From: Schmidtea nova
Taxonomy: Eukaryota
Assembly: GCA_044892505.1 (NCBI GenBank)
Contig: CM097882.1
Span: 513,918,001 to 513,982,000, forward strand
Direction of reading: 5' to 3'
DNA length: 64,000 bases
The translations under genes and the position numbers were made by a program. The notes below the pieces were generated by a model. It was given only the letters and a program-made list of their open reading frames with translations, searched no databases and was not told where the DNA came from. How positions within the stretch are numbered: position 1 is the stretch's first letter; each line of letters starts with the position of its first letter. This document shows positions 25,936-39,899 of this stretch, piece by piece.

Positions 25936-26391
25936 ATCATCCATACTAATACACAAGCAACATACATATAAAATACAATATACACACATACACAGTATCA
26001 TTTATTAGCATTCAACAGTTATATACACACAAGCAAACCATACTGAAAATTCCACACAGACATGTTAGTTAGCATCGTACGTCTAACCACACTCACAAAC
26101 ACTCAATTGTTCTCATCACCTATCCACAAATCGAAATTCTGAAATAAATAAGCATTTAGGCATAGATAAGAAAGAGTTAATACGTGTTGATAAAAGATTC
26201 TTTCGTTTTGATTTCCGAATTGAGGCTTGATAGGCATACCCATGGAAGACTCGCGGTCGAATATGTGAGAGCTCCTTAATGTATTGTAATAACAAGTAAA
26301 CTAATTAAATCTTCGTGTATGATGATAGATGTTGTAATTATTGTGCATTAACCCTTCTCGATATGCTTTAAATGCTTGAATACTTTTAGCA

Positions 26392-26964
26392 ATGAATCCA
26401 ATGCAACAGCTTGAGGAAATGCACAAGTTATTACTCGACAATGCAAAGCACAACAAGAAGGTCGACGCACGTTTGGCCGAACTGGAGGCTAAAGGATTGT
26501 CCAACACAGACGCACTCAAGCTGATGACCAGCCGAATGGAGAAGTTTCGGGCCCGCTGTCGCGAAATGGAAGCTACATGGTCCGACAAGGAAACAGTAGA
26601 CCGATTGAAGAAACAGAATCAGCTACTGATGCAACAAGCCGCCAAAGACGCAATGAGATTCCGGGCGTGTCGTGTCTCAATGCAAGAGCAGGAGCTCGCG
26701 AATGAGAAACTAAGGGTAGATAGTGGCATCATCTCGGCCATACTACCGAAATCTCAACCTCCACCTCAGGAATTGTTCCCGGTGAGAGTGGAGGAAGAAA
26801 TCATAGCAGCAGCGGCTCCGACCAAGCCAAAACGATGGAGGCCCAGTAAAGGAGCAAGGGCCAGGAACAAGCGTCGCCAAGAAGCGCGAGTATTAGGCCA
26901 ATTGAGAGTAGAGGCCTCGAAAATCGTTGATTTTAACTTTGACTTGACTAGCACACATCTTTGA
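26392..26964 (+). CDS. ORF-B family member (most divergent), intact 190 aa
   Basis: Shares the W-x19-A-x8-A-x-R-V-x-M pattern and basic tail KRWRPSKGARARNKRRQ; tacttttag|caATG; followed by AATAAA and element C. Confidence 0.7.
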   Translation: MNPMQQLEEMHKLLLDNAKHNKKVDARLAELEAKGLSNTDALKLMTSRMEKFRARCREMEATWSDKETVDRLKKQNQLLMQQAAKDAMRFRACRVSMQEQELANEKLRVDSGIISAILPKSQPPPQELFPVRVEEEIIAAAAPTKPKRWRPSKGARARNKRRQEARVLGQLRVEASKIVDFNFDLTSTHL

Positions 26965-27178
26965 GTTGATTCCTCTAATAAATGTTGTTTTACGTTACAA
27001 TTACAAATTTTCAATTATGTTTTTTTTGTTTGTTTGAATGAGGATACAAATAAAAATAAAAGAGTTCAAATAAATTAATTGATTAATAAATGAATCACGA
27101 AAATATTCAAATGAAAATCTCGTATGGAAAATCCACAGCGATAGTGGTTAATTTAAGCGGACAAAAATGGGCATTAAA

Positions 27179-27250
27179 CCTTCTATCGGTAGCCCTTGGA
27201 CCCAGGAGATATTCGGTCAATCATAGTTTTGTATTGACGACGCTCACTGA
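27179..27250. other. Conserved element C (copy 2)
   Basis: CCTTCTATCGGTAG...GGACCC...GCTCACTG. Confidence 0.6.
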
Positions 27251-27720
27251 TTGCGAATACCCACCCATTTGTTACTTAGTGACGGGCAACAAGATGGTTA
27301 TTTCAATGTTTTGTATGTTGAGTTGTTGATACGAGTCATGGTAACGTCAAGGTCATATTGACGATCAACAACCCACCAATATTAATATTTGTATCAATAA
27401 ATTTTGTTGTAAAAACATTTGTTCTTTTTCTTTTACACGCAACACATATTTTAGCTATATCGGATTATCGTTTGGAGTCCGATAATCGACTAACTTATTA
27501 TTTGTTACATCATTTGTAATTGTGTTCTTCGTAGCTACTGATACGAACTGAATAGATTCCCGATTATAATAATATGTTTCTCAATGATTCATTTGTTAAT
27601 CTTGAAAGCACTAGTTACATAATTTGAGAAAATTTTTATTTTTTTTAAGTGAATGTTATTTTTCTAAATTCTATTTAATTCGTTCGAATATATAATTTAA
27701 AATTATACAATAATTTTTTT

Positions 27721-27951
27721 ATGAACTCCGACAACGACAGTATTTGTCCAATTTGTAATGATATTATTGAGAAAGCTATACAGTTTAATACATGTTGTCA
27801 CAATTTTTATTTTTAGTGTGAAATCGAATTAAATTACCAATCAGATATAACATGCCCACTTGATAGAACTAAAGTATCTCAAGTTCATAATTCATCTGAT
27901 TCTGGTGAACATATGTCTCCAGCCTCCTTTAATTCAGTTTTGGCATTCTAA
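27721..27951 (+). pseudogene. C3HC4-like RING-finger remnant
   Basis: MNSDNDSICPICNDIIEKAIQFNTCCHNFYF*CEIELNYQSDITCPLDR. Confidence 0.65.
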
Positions 27952-28246
27952 GAAGAAATTATCCACAAATGCTTATTAAAAGCATTGGAGAATTTTGGGT
28001 TCATTGTTTTTTGCTCATTACCAAAATAATAGAAATCATCAAAACCTCAATAAAGTATATATTATATTTCCTGAAAATTTTTTCTGAAATAAAAGAAGAA
28101 ATCAATTTAAATGATGCCAAACAAATAGAGAATATTTGCAAATCAATGCTTCTAAGGATACGTCAAGTTCCAGGCATCCCAAACAATTTCAAATTTCTTC
28201 GATCACCCAAGAGACAAATGTGCATCGTCACAATCACCAGCCGTGA

Positions 28247-28575
28247 GAATATCCAATGAAATTGAAAGATATTAAAAAATTTGAACACCAAAATCCGAAA
28301 ACCGCAATAAATGTATTATTATATAATGGCAGTAAATTCCAAAATTTAGGAGGATGAATATGTTATTTTGAAACATCCACAATTAGATATAATATATCGC
28401 GCCAAAATAACAGGAGTTACACCGATATATTTACTAATGATCGAACATGGGGAGAAATTCCACTATATAGCGGTTGTCAATCTGCAAAGATTGATGAACA
28501 CAGGAAGAGCAACTATCAATTGTCCAGTTCGGATTCAATGCAAGTGGTGCGAAACATGTCCTAATGGATTTAAAA
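28247..28575 (+). pseudogene. polB: pPolB N-terminal fragment
   Basis: YPMKLKDIKKFEHQNPKTAINVL and KHPQLDIIYRAK...FHYIAVVNLQRL...IQCKWCETCPNGF match the other copies. Confidence 0.85.
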
Positions 28576-28599
28576 TTCATTTCAACAGTTATTAGTTAA

Positions 28600-28765
28600 A
28601 CATCAGCCATCTACAAAGTCGAGTTTTATTGCTTCCCTTAATATAGCCAAGTACGGAAAGACATTTAAGGATGGTGAGTTTTTAAAAAATACATTTTTAA
28701 AATGTGCAGATTTACTTTATGATGACTTCAAAAAAAAATGATATTTTTGAAACGTATAAAAATAA
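28600..28765 (+). pseudogene. hAT (GTF2IRD2/SPIN-like) transposase fragment
   Basis: SSFIASLNIAKYGKTFKDGEFLKNTFLKCADLLYDDF. Confidence 0.6.
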
Positions 28766-28779
28766 TCTTACTGGTGAGA

Positions 28780-30584
28780 ATTCCTGTGACGTCGCTGAAC
28801 CTCTTCTGCAAGCTGAACCTTTTCGCGACAAATCTGAGTTTGGTGTAATCATGGAACCAGTGCCACGTAGTTCTTTGGGAAAACGAAAAAGACCAACAAA
28901 GGATAAAATGGAATTGCAATGACAATTGAAAGATTTTGCAACATCTAGTACGGTTTTTCCAGAAGGAAATAGTTCAGATTTTCAGAGTTGCAGTCCGATT
29001 GAACTATTTAAACAGTTTTTTGACGATAGCATCTTGAAACTGATAATGGACCAGGCCACATTATATGCCTTAGACAAGAATTGGTGGGATCCTAAGATCT
29101 CGATGGAGGAACTCAAAGTCTTCATTGGTATTTTGATAGTATCTGGATACAGCAGTTTGCCAAGTAAAGCTAATTATTGGTCAACAGGAGATGTGACTTG
29201 CGAAATACAGCTGTGTATGAATCAATGCGACGAAATAGATTTGACACTATCATGAAATGCTTACATTTCTTTCCGAATGACAACCTGGATAAGGAGGACA
29301 AATATTCGAAACTGAGGCCACTTATTGCACACTTACAAAACAAATTTATGCAACATTTTGTGCCTACGGAACACATTTCACATGATGAAGCAATGGTTGC
29401 AAACAGGCAATTCTGAGTAAGCCAATCTGATTCGGCTACAAAAGTTGGTGCCAGAACTCTCAAACTGGGTATCTTATTGCCTTTGATCCTTACCAAGGAA
29501 AACGTATAAAGGTGACCTGGAAACCGAAGTAAAATTTGGAAAATGTTCTTCAACTATTTTACAGTTGTTGGAAAAATACAGTGAAGTAAAAAAACTTCCG
29601 TACCACGTGTATTGTGATAATTTATTCACGACCTTACCTTTGCTACAAGAAATGACAAAACGGGGATATAACTGTACTGACACTATGAGAGATAAACGAT
29701 GCCCATTGACGGATGGCAAAATTATCGAAAAGAAAGAGAAACGTGGCTACATGCAGATAGCAACTTCCATTACAGAATGCGGAAAACTTATCGTGACTCG
29801 TTGGAAAGATAATGCTATTGTGAGTGTTGGTTCTACAATATACGGACAAAATCCAGCCGGAATCACCTATAGATGGAGTAGAGCTGACGTCAAAAGAATA
29901 TCAGTTCCGATTCCGTTGGCAGTCGAAAACTACAACAAGTATATGGGAGGTACCGACCGCATCGATCAAAATATTAACGCCTACAGAATCGGAATCAGAG
30001 GCAAGAAATGGTGGTGGCTTCTATTTACATGGTTACTCGATGCAGCGATTCAAATGCATGGCAACTGTCTAGAATGGACGGAAAACAAATCGATCAGCTA
30101 TCTTTTCTCGGGGACATCGCAATGGCGTATTTGAAATCGTACAAAAATGAACCGAAAGCACCAGGAAAGAGATGCAATACACGAGCCGGAGGATTCCACG
30201 CGCGCTACGATAACAAGAGTCACTTTTTTCAAGCTACCACGGATAACAAAAAAAGATGTGCATTCTAGGAATGTAAATCAACTGGTAAAACGGAGTGTAA
30301 CAAGTGTAAGGTCGGATTATGTGTTAAGTGTTTCCTAAAATATCATTCAAAATAAATCAGCTTTGAATATTTTTTTTATTATTTTTATATTATTTTTTGT
30401 TATTTCCTTTTAAAGATGAATAAAGAATTTTGTGTACCTGTATTCTACTAGTGTTGCCATTCCTTATCTAAGAAACCAGTTCACATGTTGCAACCAAAAG
30501 TTGAATTTGCAATAAGGGTTTTTAAGATAAGTTTTTTAAATTTGAACAATTTTGGTTGAATTTTTTATTCTGGGAAATAAAGGG
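28780..30584 (+). mobile_element. piggyBac (PGBD3-like) transposon remnant, left end missing
   Basis: SPIELFKQFF, MRRNRFDTIMKCLHF, HDEAMV, YCDNLFTT, WKDN, YNKYMGGTD, C-terminal Cys-rich CNKCKVGLCVKCFLKYH; right end AAAGGG|TTAA. Confidence 0.9.
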
Positions 30585-32144
30585 TTAATCATTAATATTT
30601 TAAACTTTTTTATAACATTATCTAATATTATAATAAAAAATTAATAAAAAATACTGAGTCAATTTTTACTTAGTTACCTGATAGAAACGCAAAACTATTG
30701 TAATTTATCCGCTCTTAAAAAAGGTTGACTACTGGAAGATGACAGTAAAGGTGAATAAGATTATCTGGAGAAGGATAAACATATTGCAGATAATCATTCC
30801 TGTGAATCTATTTCTAGTTCTGATGATTCACAGGAAGGATCAAGTCAAAAGAAATCAAGACTTGATTCGTGGCCGGAAAAAGACTAACATACCGTTTTGG
30901 TGAAAAAAGCACCTAAACCAACAGTTCGTAAGCGTCCTCATAATGTCTTCTCTAAATGAATTAATACATAAAGATTTCTGGAAACTCTATCTCCAGAAAT
31001 AGTCAGTGTATTAGTTGAGCTGTTTCAGATTTGTTTACATTGCAACACGTCCTGCAAGAAGGCAATTGGATAAACTGGCTCCAATTAGAGAGCTATTTGT
31101 TTCAGAGTGATATTTTTGTATAATATATTACATGCTAAAAATTGTATTGGAGTTTTCAATTTATTTTTTGTGTTTTGAATTATTTTGAGGTTATCACTTG
31201 TTGGATTAGCACAATAAGCATAGGTGAAACTAAATCTAAAATAATATGATAAAAACAAAAAACAATTAGACAATTAATTAAAAGGAGAAATAATAAAAGA
31301 AAGTAAAAAACGTAATTCCTAAGTAATTATTAAAATAAGGGAAAAGAATAAAAATAAGAATTAAATTGATTAATAAAATAAAAAACACAAAAATAACAAC
31401 AAACTAAAAGAAATAATTAGCAGAGAATTGAAAAAAATAAATGTACGTTAAAAAATTTGTTATTCACCAATAAAAACATAAGCCAATTTTGATTGACTGA
31501 GCGAGCGTAAAAATCTCTATAAAAGGGACGCTCAATCAGTCGAAAATCAGCATAAACTTTAGAGCATTTTGTTTAGCTTGTTAGTTTATCATAGCTTATT
31601 ATCATCAGCAATTTTAGCTTATAGTTATACCAGTAGTATTTTTCATCTTGTTATCACCAGCATTTTTGAGCTTTGAATCTACGTTTCAGCGACATAAATT
31701 TTGCGATTATAAATTCGAACATATCCAACAATTTTATAACTTATTTTGATTATCTTGAATTTCTTGTGGAATACATCTGTATTTGTCATTACATTAATAC
31801 ACTTTATTATCCTAAATTGTGTTTTATCTTTTTTATTTTTGGAATCTTATGCATAAGTGAGGTTGCCTCGAGAGGGGATCTGGACAAAAGGTCGACATAG
31901 ACAGAAGTTCGACAGAGACAATAGGCCGACACAATTAGTATTAATGTATGCAATTCAATTTCGTTGTGTGAAATCAAAATTTGCTTTATTTTCCTTATTA
32001 ATTATTATGTACCTAAAAAACTTTGAAAAAGGCATGTATTTTAATATTTCATTTGACTTTTTTATATAATATATATTTGATTTGTATATCTTAATTGATA
32101 TATATTTTAATTATAAATTATATAATATAAATAATAAATTAAGT

Positions 32145-33460
32145 ATATTTGGCGTGTCTGAAAAGTAATGAGATTTCGTATGCCACACACACAAAACTGC
32201 TAGCTATGCATTGGTACTGTGTTAAACGAATCACAAGACTTTATACTATCTGACCAATCAGGTGGCTACTCATACACATGCGTGTGTGACCCTATATAAG
32301 GCATGATTCGTAGCATACTTTGTCTTAGTGCAGTGACTACAAATGGAGCTGAACAAAGAGCATTTTCGTGCATATGCGTTTATTGAACAACAACGTGGAC
32401 GAACAGCTACAGAAGTCTATGAGCAGCTACAAGAAACACAGATGACTGATCTACCATCCCGTGCCACAGTGTTTCGCTGGTGTAAGGATTTCACTGAAGG
32501 TTCACGAACATCTCTGTGTGACCACCGAAGAGTGGAAGGCCTTCAACATCAACAGCAGATGAGAACATTGCTAAAATTAAGCAACTGGTAGATGAGAACC
32601 CAAAGCAATCATTGAGGTGTTTAGCAGAATCTGTTGGTTGCTCCAAAGATTCTGCAAGAAAAATCCTGGTGGATCATTTTGGACGAAAGAAACTGCTCAG
32701 TATGAGTTCCCCATTTCCTCTCAGATGCCAACAAGAAGGACAGATTGTATTGTGCCAAATCAATTGTGAAGCTTATGGATCAGAACTCAATGGATGACTG
32801 TCTTCGCTACTGGGCCACGCAGGATGAGACATGGGTACTCTTCAAAGGGCTACAGACAAAAGAGGAAAACCGTGCGTGGCTTCCTCCTCACCTTCCTAGA
32901 CCTCTAGTTGTCCTCCCAAAGTTGACAAATCAGAAGACAATGCTTGTTCTCGCATTCACTGGAGATGGCAAGTGCAATATTCATGCTGTCCCACCTGGTG
33001 AAACAGTGACCTCTCAACGATACAATGAGTTTGTCCATGATACTGGTGAAAATGGAGAACTCTGCGTTCTTCTCCAACACGACTTAACCAGCTCTGGTGG
33101 CAACATGACAATGCGCGTCCTCATGCATCTGTCCACACCAGGGAATCCTTTGAACAAAGGCAGGTCAAGCTAATCCGTCAGTCAGCTTACAGTCCAGACT
33201 TGAATCAACGTGATTGCTGGTTGTTCAACCACCTGAAAAAAGACCTCAGAAAGAGGGACTTCCACTCCAAAGAAGAGGTTCAGAAGGAGTCGTTGCAGCT
33301 GTTCAGACGCATTGAGCGGGAACGCTTGTATACCGATTGTAAAGATGTCATTCGAGTCAAGTGGGACTATGTTGTATGAAAATAAATTGCATTACTGCAA
33401 ACTGTTTGTCTTGTAAGTGGGGTAAGGGGAGTCTCATTACCTTTCAGACACGCCAAATAT
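32145..33460 (+). mobile_element. mariner (DD34D) element with frameshifted transposase at 32343-33379
   Basis: 29-bp TIRs atatttggcgtgtctgaaa(a/g)gtaatgaga; motifs QDETW, WQHDNARPH, YSPDLN. Confidence 0.92.
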
Positions 33461-33985
33461 CTTAATTTATATATATTTTAATTATAAATTATTATTTTGT
33501 TAAGGTGAAATGGAGGGTGCAGTATGCAAAATCATTGAATCACAAAAAAGGAAAGAATGTGATCGTTATTATGCGACAAATTGCGGCACTAGCGTTTCTG
33601 CCTCATGTGGAAATTCCGGAAGCATTTGGAGAATTAAAAAATAGAAGTGGTGACATGGTTCGAAGAAAATTATGTGAATGGCCGATTAAGGCATATAAAT
33701 CGAAGAGAAGTGAGAGTCCCACCACTTTTTCAGCCTCAGCTTTGGTCTATATTTGACAACAAAATAAATCGCATACCAAGAACTCAAAACAAAGTAGAGG
33801 GTTGGCACAGAAGATGGCAAATATTGGTTGGAAAAAATCATCCTGGGATATTCTACATAATTAAGCAGTTAGGACAAGAACAAGACAGCACTGCAGCTGA
33901 AATGGAATCCATAATTCTGGGGCAACCACGCTTTAAACGCAAAAAAACAATATGTAGAGAATGACCAAAGATTGGCAACGATTGA

Positions 33986-34161
33986 NNNNNNNNNNNNNNN
34001 NNNNNNNNNNNNNNNNNNNNNNNNNNNNNNNNNNNNNNNNNNNNNNNNNNNNNNNNNNNNNNNNNNNNNNNNNNNNNNNNNNNNNNNNNNNNNNNNNNNN
34101 NNNNNNNNNNNNNNNNNNNNNNNNNNNNNNNNNNNNNNNNNNNNNNNNNNNNNNNNNNNNN
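33986..34161. other. Assembly gap (176 N)
   Basis: Run of n characters. Confidence 1.
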
Positions 34162-34742
34162 CTTTTTCAGGGGGTCATTGTATAATTATTACGTAAAGTG
34201 TTTCAAAGCTCTTCCAATCTCTTCATGAGGTACAAAACTGTCTCGCGCCAGTATCCTTATGCTAGCATAGTTCTGTAAGAGTTTGTATACATTTTATTAA
34301 CTTGATATATAGTAGTGGGTTTGATAATTCTAGTTGTCAAAGACAATCATGGTTATTTAGAAATCAAAAAGTTTCACTGAAATGTTTAGTTATATAAAGT
34401 TTAAAAAAATAAACAGAAATGTAGACGCACTATCACATATCACAGAGTTAGCAGTGCTTGAAGCATTCACACTAATAGCAGAAAAACCCATAGAAATATA
34501 CGAACAATTAAAAGACACGTAAATTTTTAAAATAAGAGAAAAAATTAAAAAAGGAACAAAACCGAAATATAAAAATTTTGTAAAAGGTTGATAATGATCG
34601 AGGATTTTAGAGGTAAACAACTAATAGTAGTACCACAAAAATTAAGACAAATTCTTTTATTACAATACCACGATGGTGAGTTAGGAAGATAACTAACAAG
34701 TAGGAAAACAGCAACTAAATTGCTCCAAAATACTATTGGGAT

Positions 34743-37486
34743 TAGGGCATCCAAAACCGGGATTCCAAAACCCGGTTTCCGGGAAACCCGGACATTTTCT
34801 GGAACCGAAAACCGAGATTGAATTTGGTAAAATTTCCCGGTTTTCGGTGCTGAGAGCAAGCATTTCTCATATTCTAAAATAAGCAAAATACTGTTCGCAG
34901 CTTAATATTTACATTACGAAATAATATAAGTACATATTTCCGTTAATAATGACTGTGAATTAAAAGATTAGTTCAAAATTAAGCCCTTCGATTACATTTG
35001 CAAATATAATTCACAGTCTCTTTAAGACAACATCAATATAATAATTAAATTTGAATTTAATTTGATTTATTTATAACTATAACAAGTCGTTTGAAAGTAT
35101 TAAATTTACTCTAAAGTTATATTGTGTTTTTTTTTATATGTGAGTTTTTATATAGGTTATATATATTGTATTTTTTATGTAGTGTTATTTTTATTGGTCA
35201 CTCGGAAGGTCGGAAGTAAATCAATCAAAAGTGTCCAGTTTAATCTTTAAAGCAAGTAAAATTTTTATTATTATAGAAAACATAAAATTATAGCAAATTT
35301 TTTACAACCCAATACTAGACATGTCTATAAAAAATATCAAATTTGAGGAATGCAGCCAGCGGCTGATTGAAAAAACTCCAGTATGGGAGTATTTTCTCTG
35401 TGACAACAATTCTGGTGAGTTTGCGAAATGTAAACGATGTGATAAGCCATTGAAGACAACAGGTGGTTCAACAAGTTCCCTCCATAAACATATTACATCT
35501 ATTCACAAGATCATAGTAAACCTGTGAAGAGATATGCTTCTGTAAGTACAGCAGCAACATCAACTACAACCAGAAAAGCGCAGAAATGTACACAGTTCTA
35601 CGCTAACAAACTACCTCATCATTCGTGACAACACTTTTGAAGCGGTATTATCTCGTATGACAGCCGGCGATGGTTTATCATTCAGAATTTTCATTAGTTC
35701 AATTGAGATGCGCAAGTCGCTAATAGCACGTGGATTTGAAGTTCCAAAATCAGCTACAACAATTCGAGACATGGTAATGAAATATGGAAAAATAATTCGG
35801 GAAAAGTATAAGGTTGAATTACAAGGTTTGAAATCCCAAGGAAAGCTATTTAGTCTCACTTTCGACGAGTGGACTTCGTGTAAGAACCGACGCTATTTAA
35901 ACATAAATGCGCACATTAAATGTAAATTTTGGAATTTGGGACTGGTACGAGTGCGAGGATCTTTGCCTGCAGAATGCTGTATCAAACTTATTGAAGAAAG
36001 GCTGCAAATATTTGGCTTGAATTTGAATGAAGACATCATTTGCATTACAACGGACGGTGCCGCTGTAATGCAAAAGTTTGGGAAAATATTGACCTGTAAG
36101 CAGCAACTCTGCTTCGCTCACGCAATTCATTTAGCAGTATTGGATATCCTTTATCAAAAACCTAAACCAGCTCCAGCTGGTAACGATGACGATGACTGTA
36201 TTTCAGATGGTGATGGTAATGGTGACGACGATCAAGACGAAGGATTTAATCTTGAATTGGAAGCGAATGAACCAGAACTGTGTGAGAATTTTTATGATCT
36301 TATCCGCAAAATTAGAACTGTAGTCAAGCTATTTCGTAAATCACCAACTAAAAACGAAATTCTTCAAAAATACATCAAAGAAGAATTTGAAAAGGAATTG
36401 CAATTGATAATTGATGTAAAGACAAGATGGAATAGCCTTTATAGTATGCTTGAAAGATTTCGTAAATTAAAAAACAACATTCGAAAATCTTTAATAGATC
36501 TCAATTCAAGTTTTTCATTCGAAGACGAAGAGTGGAATATGATTAATGATTTAGTAACAACACTTGAACCAATAAAATTAGCTGCAGAAGCTTTATGCCG
36601 CCGAGATGCGACATTATTAACAGCTGACACGACAATTTTGTTTATGATAAACAACCTAGGTTGCAGTGAATTTGCTCTGCAAATGAAGGACTCGCTTTGT
36701 TATCGCATAAATCAACGACGAACGAAAGTGGCTAGTTTGCTGCAATATTTACATAAAAGCAAACAAGATTATGCGGAACTGGATCCAGACTCCGTTTTAA
36801 ACTTTGAACATTTGACAAAGTCAGCGATAGCAAACATGATAATTGGCCTATCAAATCCACTCGAAGGAAGCCAGCAGTCATCTGAGTCGGACTCAGACAA
36901 TGATGTTGAAATTGGAATAGAATTGTCGTTGGAGGAAAAGCTTAACCGTGCCATTACCAAGGATGTAAATTCCACTATTACCCCACCAACAAAAACAATT
37001 AGAGACATAACTAATGTTATTAAAAAAGAATTGGCTATTTTCGAACTGGAGGGCAATCGTGGAAAGAATCTCCAGACCTGTTATGAAAACTTGTTATCCA
37101 TTCCACCTACGAGCGTAGATTCAGAGCGCGTATTTTCCAATTGTGGTATGGTTTGTACAAAAATTAGATCATCACTAAACGATCAAAGTTTAGACATTTT
37201 AAGTTTCTTACGAACACATTTTAAAACGGAAGCGGACATTTAGAGAAGCTAATAACTTTTTATTTATTAAATTGAATTGTGTTTATTTTTATATTGAATT
37301 TCTGTTATTTTATTTTTGTTCCTTTATTATAATAAAAATTATTTATAATAAAAATGCTTTTTTACTTATAATTTATTATTTTTTATTTACATTTTCAGCA
37401 CCGGTTCCAGAACCGGGTACCCGATTCTGGAACATTCTAGCACCGAAAACCCGGTTCCAAAAAAATTCTCGGTTTTGAATGCCCTA
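34743..37486 (+). mobile_element. hAT transposon, transposase frameshifted after the BED finger
   Basis: TIRs TAGGGCAT(C/T)CAAAACCG; BED finger at 35317-35527; ORF 35657-37243 with FDEWTS, TTDGAAVM, CFAHAIHL, KTRWNS, PPTSVDSERVFS; no 8-bp TSD seen. Confidence 0.92.
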
Positions 37487-38409
37487 AGAACAACGTTAGA
37501 ATTTCTACGGGGAATAGCGTATAATATAAGTTTTCAGTTTTTTTTTGTAGAAAGTTTTTTGTATCTTTTTCTTTAAATAAATGATGTTATTTAATTGTTT
37601 ATTTTCCTATCTACCTATACCATTATATGTCTATCTATAATAAATAACGAAATCAAACATCAACTTTTATAAGTAATTCAAAATATACATGAGTATAAAA
37701 TAATTGTTCAAAGTTCATTGTTAAGTATTAGGTGACAGAGTGCAACATGGAAGAGATTTAAAAATAAAAAAGGCCTTTTGTCCATGTCGGCCTTGTGTCC
37801 ATATCGGCCTTTTGTCGTAGACCCCCTCGAGAGTCAGGACGACCTTATGGGTTGCCGGCTTTCCGATAGTTCAACCCTCAGTTTCGCGCCTTGAGCATGG
37901 GATGGATGGTTAAACTATCGAATGGCGAGATGTGAAAAATCAATAGGGTGGTAGCGAATGGTCCTGCGGCGTCAGTGGTTAAAATATATATTTTAGAACC
38001 GTCAGCGTTAACATTATATTAATTAAAAATCAGAAGTGTCTATATTTAGCGTTAGTAATTGATAGTTTAAAATAACAATAAATAGACAACGATAGCGACG
38101 TTGAGTACCATCTCCACTAGTAGAAAATAGTCAGTTATAATCGTCAATAAAACCAAAAATCGTCAAGTCTAATCAAATGTAGTAAGTAAATTAAGTAGAA
38201 AACAACTCTAACCGACTTACCAAGAAGCATCAATTAATACAAAATTGTTGTCCAAATTTATTCTCAGGCAACCCTATGACCCTTGTGAGAAATAGAGCGC
38301 AAGTAACCGTGTATAGAATGAAAAGGGAAAATTCCAACCACGCAATGTTCATAAATCGAGTAACTGAATGAAATCTAAATTATGTAATAAGGTTAGTGAA
38401 AAGAAATTA

Positions 38410-39122
38410 CCGGTTTTACTCGAAAATAAGACCCCGGTCTTATTTTTGAGGGGTCTTATTTTCATTTTTTTTAATAAGAATTTTTTTATTTTTAAGCATT
38501 TTTTTATTTTTTTTACCTTAAAATTTAAATTTATTTTCTATGATTATAAAATAAGACAGTGATCATTATTTTTCTATTAATTTTTTAAATAATATCAAAT
38601 GGTTTACATGAATTAATTTTATTCAGGTAATTTTATTTATTAAATATTATTTACAATTTTGTTAAATTGATCTGGTATAAATAAAATTTAATTATTTAAT
38701 TTATTTATAATATTTTTATATATTATGGATTTTATATTTTAATATTTATATCCCATGAAAATAAGGTCGTACAGTACGAAAGAAAAGCTAGAAACACTCG
38801 AAATTTTAAGAAAAAACAACAACAACGAGGAGTTACTAAATACTAAACTAAAAGACATATTATACTCCTCCGATGTTGAAATAATGAATTTAATTGACAC
38901 TAATGATAATAATGATATTGATTCATTATAAATTAATAATAAATAATTTTTATTACTTAGTTTTGATTTATAAATTCATATTCAATTTTTTGTAAAAATA
39001 AGACCCTTCGAAAATAAGACCAGGGTCTTATTTTTGAGGGGTCTTATTTTCAATTTTTTTACATTTGTAGAATCCTATATTACTCGAAAATAAGACCTGG
39101 TCTTATTTTTCAGGAAATCCGG
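38410..39122 (+). mobile_element. Non-autonomous pogo-like element
   Basis: TA-flanked ~23-bp imperfect TIRs CCGGTTTTACTCGAAAATAAGAC; internal MKIRSYSTKEKLETL remnant. Confidence 0.7.
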
Positions 39123-39899
39123 TACCTGCAGAATTAAATTATTTTGGAATACAGATGTGTGTGCGGTAGACCGCGAAGTAAGAGAGTTTAGGTAGTGTAT
39201 TTTCCTATCAGTATGATAATCGTTACGAGAGAATAATTGCAGCGCCGAGAATTTTTACAAATTTCAGCATAGTGAACGAGACGACATGCACCTAATTTAA
39301 TCAATGAAGGTGTGATTAAAATCTGACAAAGTGTCATTAGCCGAGTGATGGAATAATGAGTCGATTCCGGAATCACTAATGGAAATCCATTAGTGAGAAG
39401 GAATATGGTAGAAAGACAGATTGAATCAATAAGCAGATCTTGAAAGGAGTTTATTAACAGCTATGAGTGAGGGAGTGGTGAGGAAATATTCATTAAATAA
39501 ATTTGGTTAAAAAAGCTTTTAAATTAAGGCGATTACACTTCACGAGTCGACCCAATTTTTGGGTAGCAATCTATTAAATCATAGTGCGCTGTGAAGGCGG
39601 CAATTAATTCCAGGCCAAATCAAAATAATTAAATTATTACGAATATTAAAATGAATCCCATTTAATTTCAGTTAAGGGGGGGGGGTTCTAACAATGAATA
39701 GGCTGAAAGAGTGACTTTAAATTGTATTATTCCCGTGCCCTAAATAAAAATAGTTTAAAAACAACAAGTTCTGATTTCTTTTTTTGGATTTAAGTTTAGA
39801 TAAATGTGACCGAGGAAGAATAGGAAACTATAATAAATCGACGTGAATAACTCAAAATAACGTACAGGAACGTGTATACATATAAATATATCTATTATC

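Larger units (their letters stand above)
31874..37824 (+). mobile_element. MULE with nested mariner and hAT insertions
   Basis: Subterminal GGACAAAAGG(T/C)CGAC repeats, inverted at the two ends; 8-bp direct repeat CCTCGAGA on both flanks; transposase C-terminus at 33500-33985 (IAALAFLP, PRTQNKVEGWH). Confidence 0.75.
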
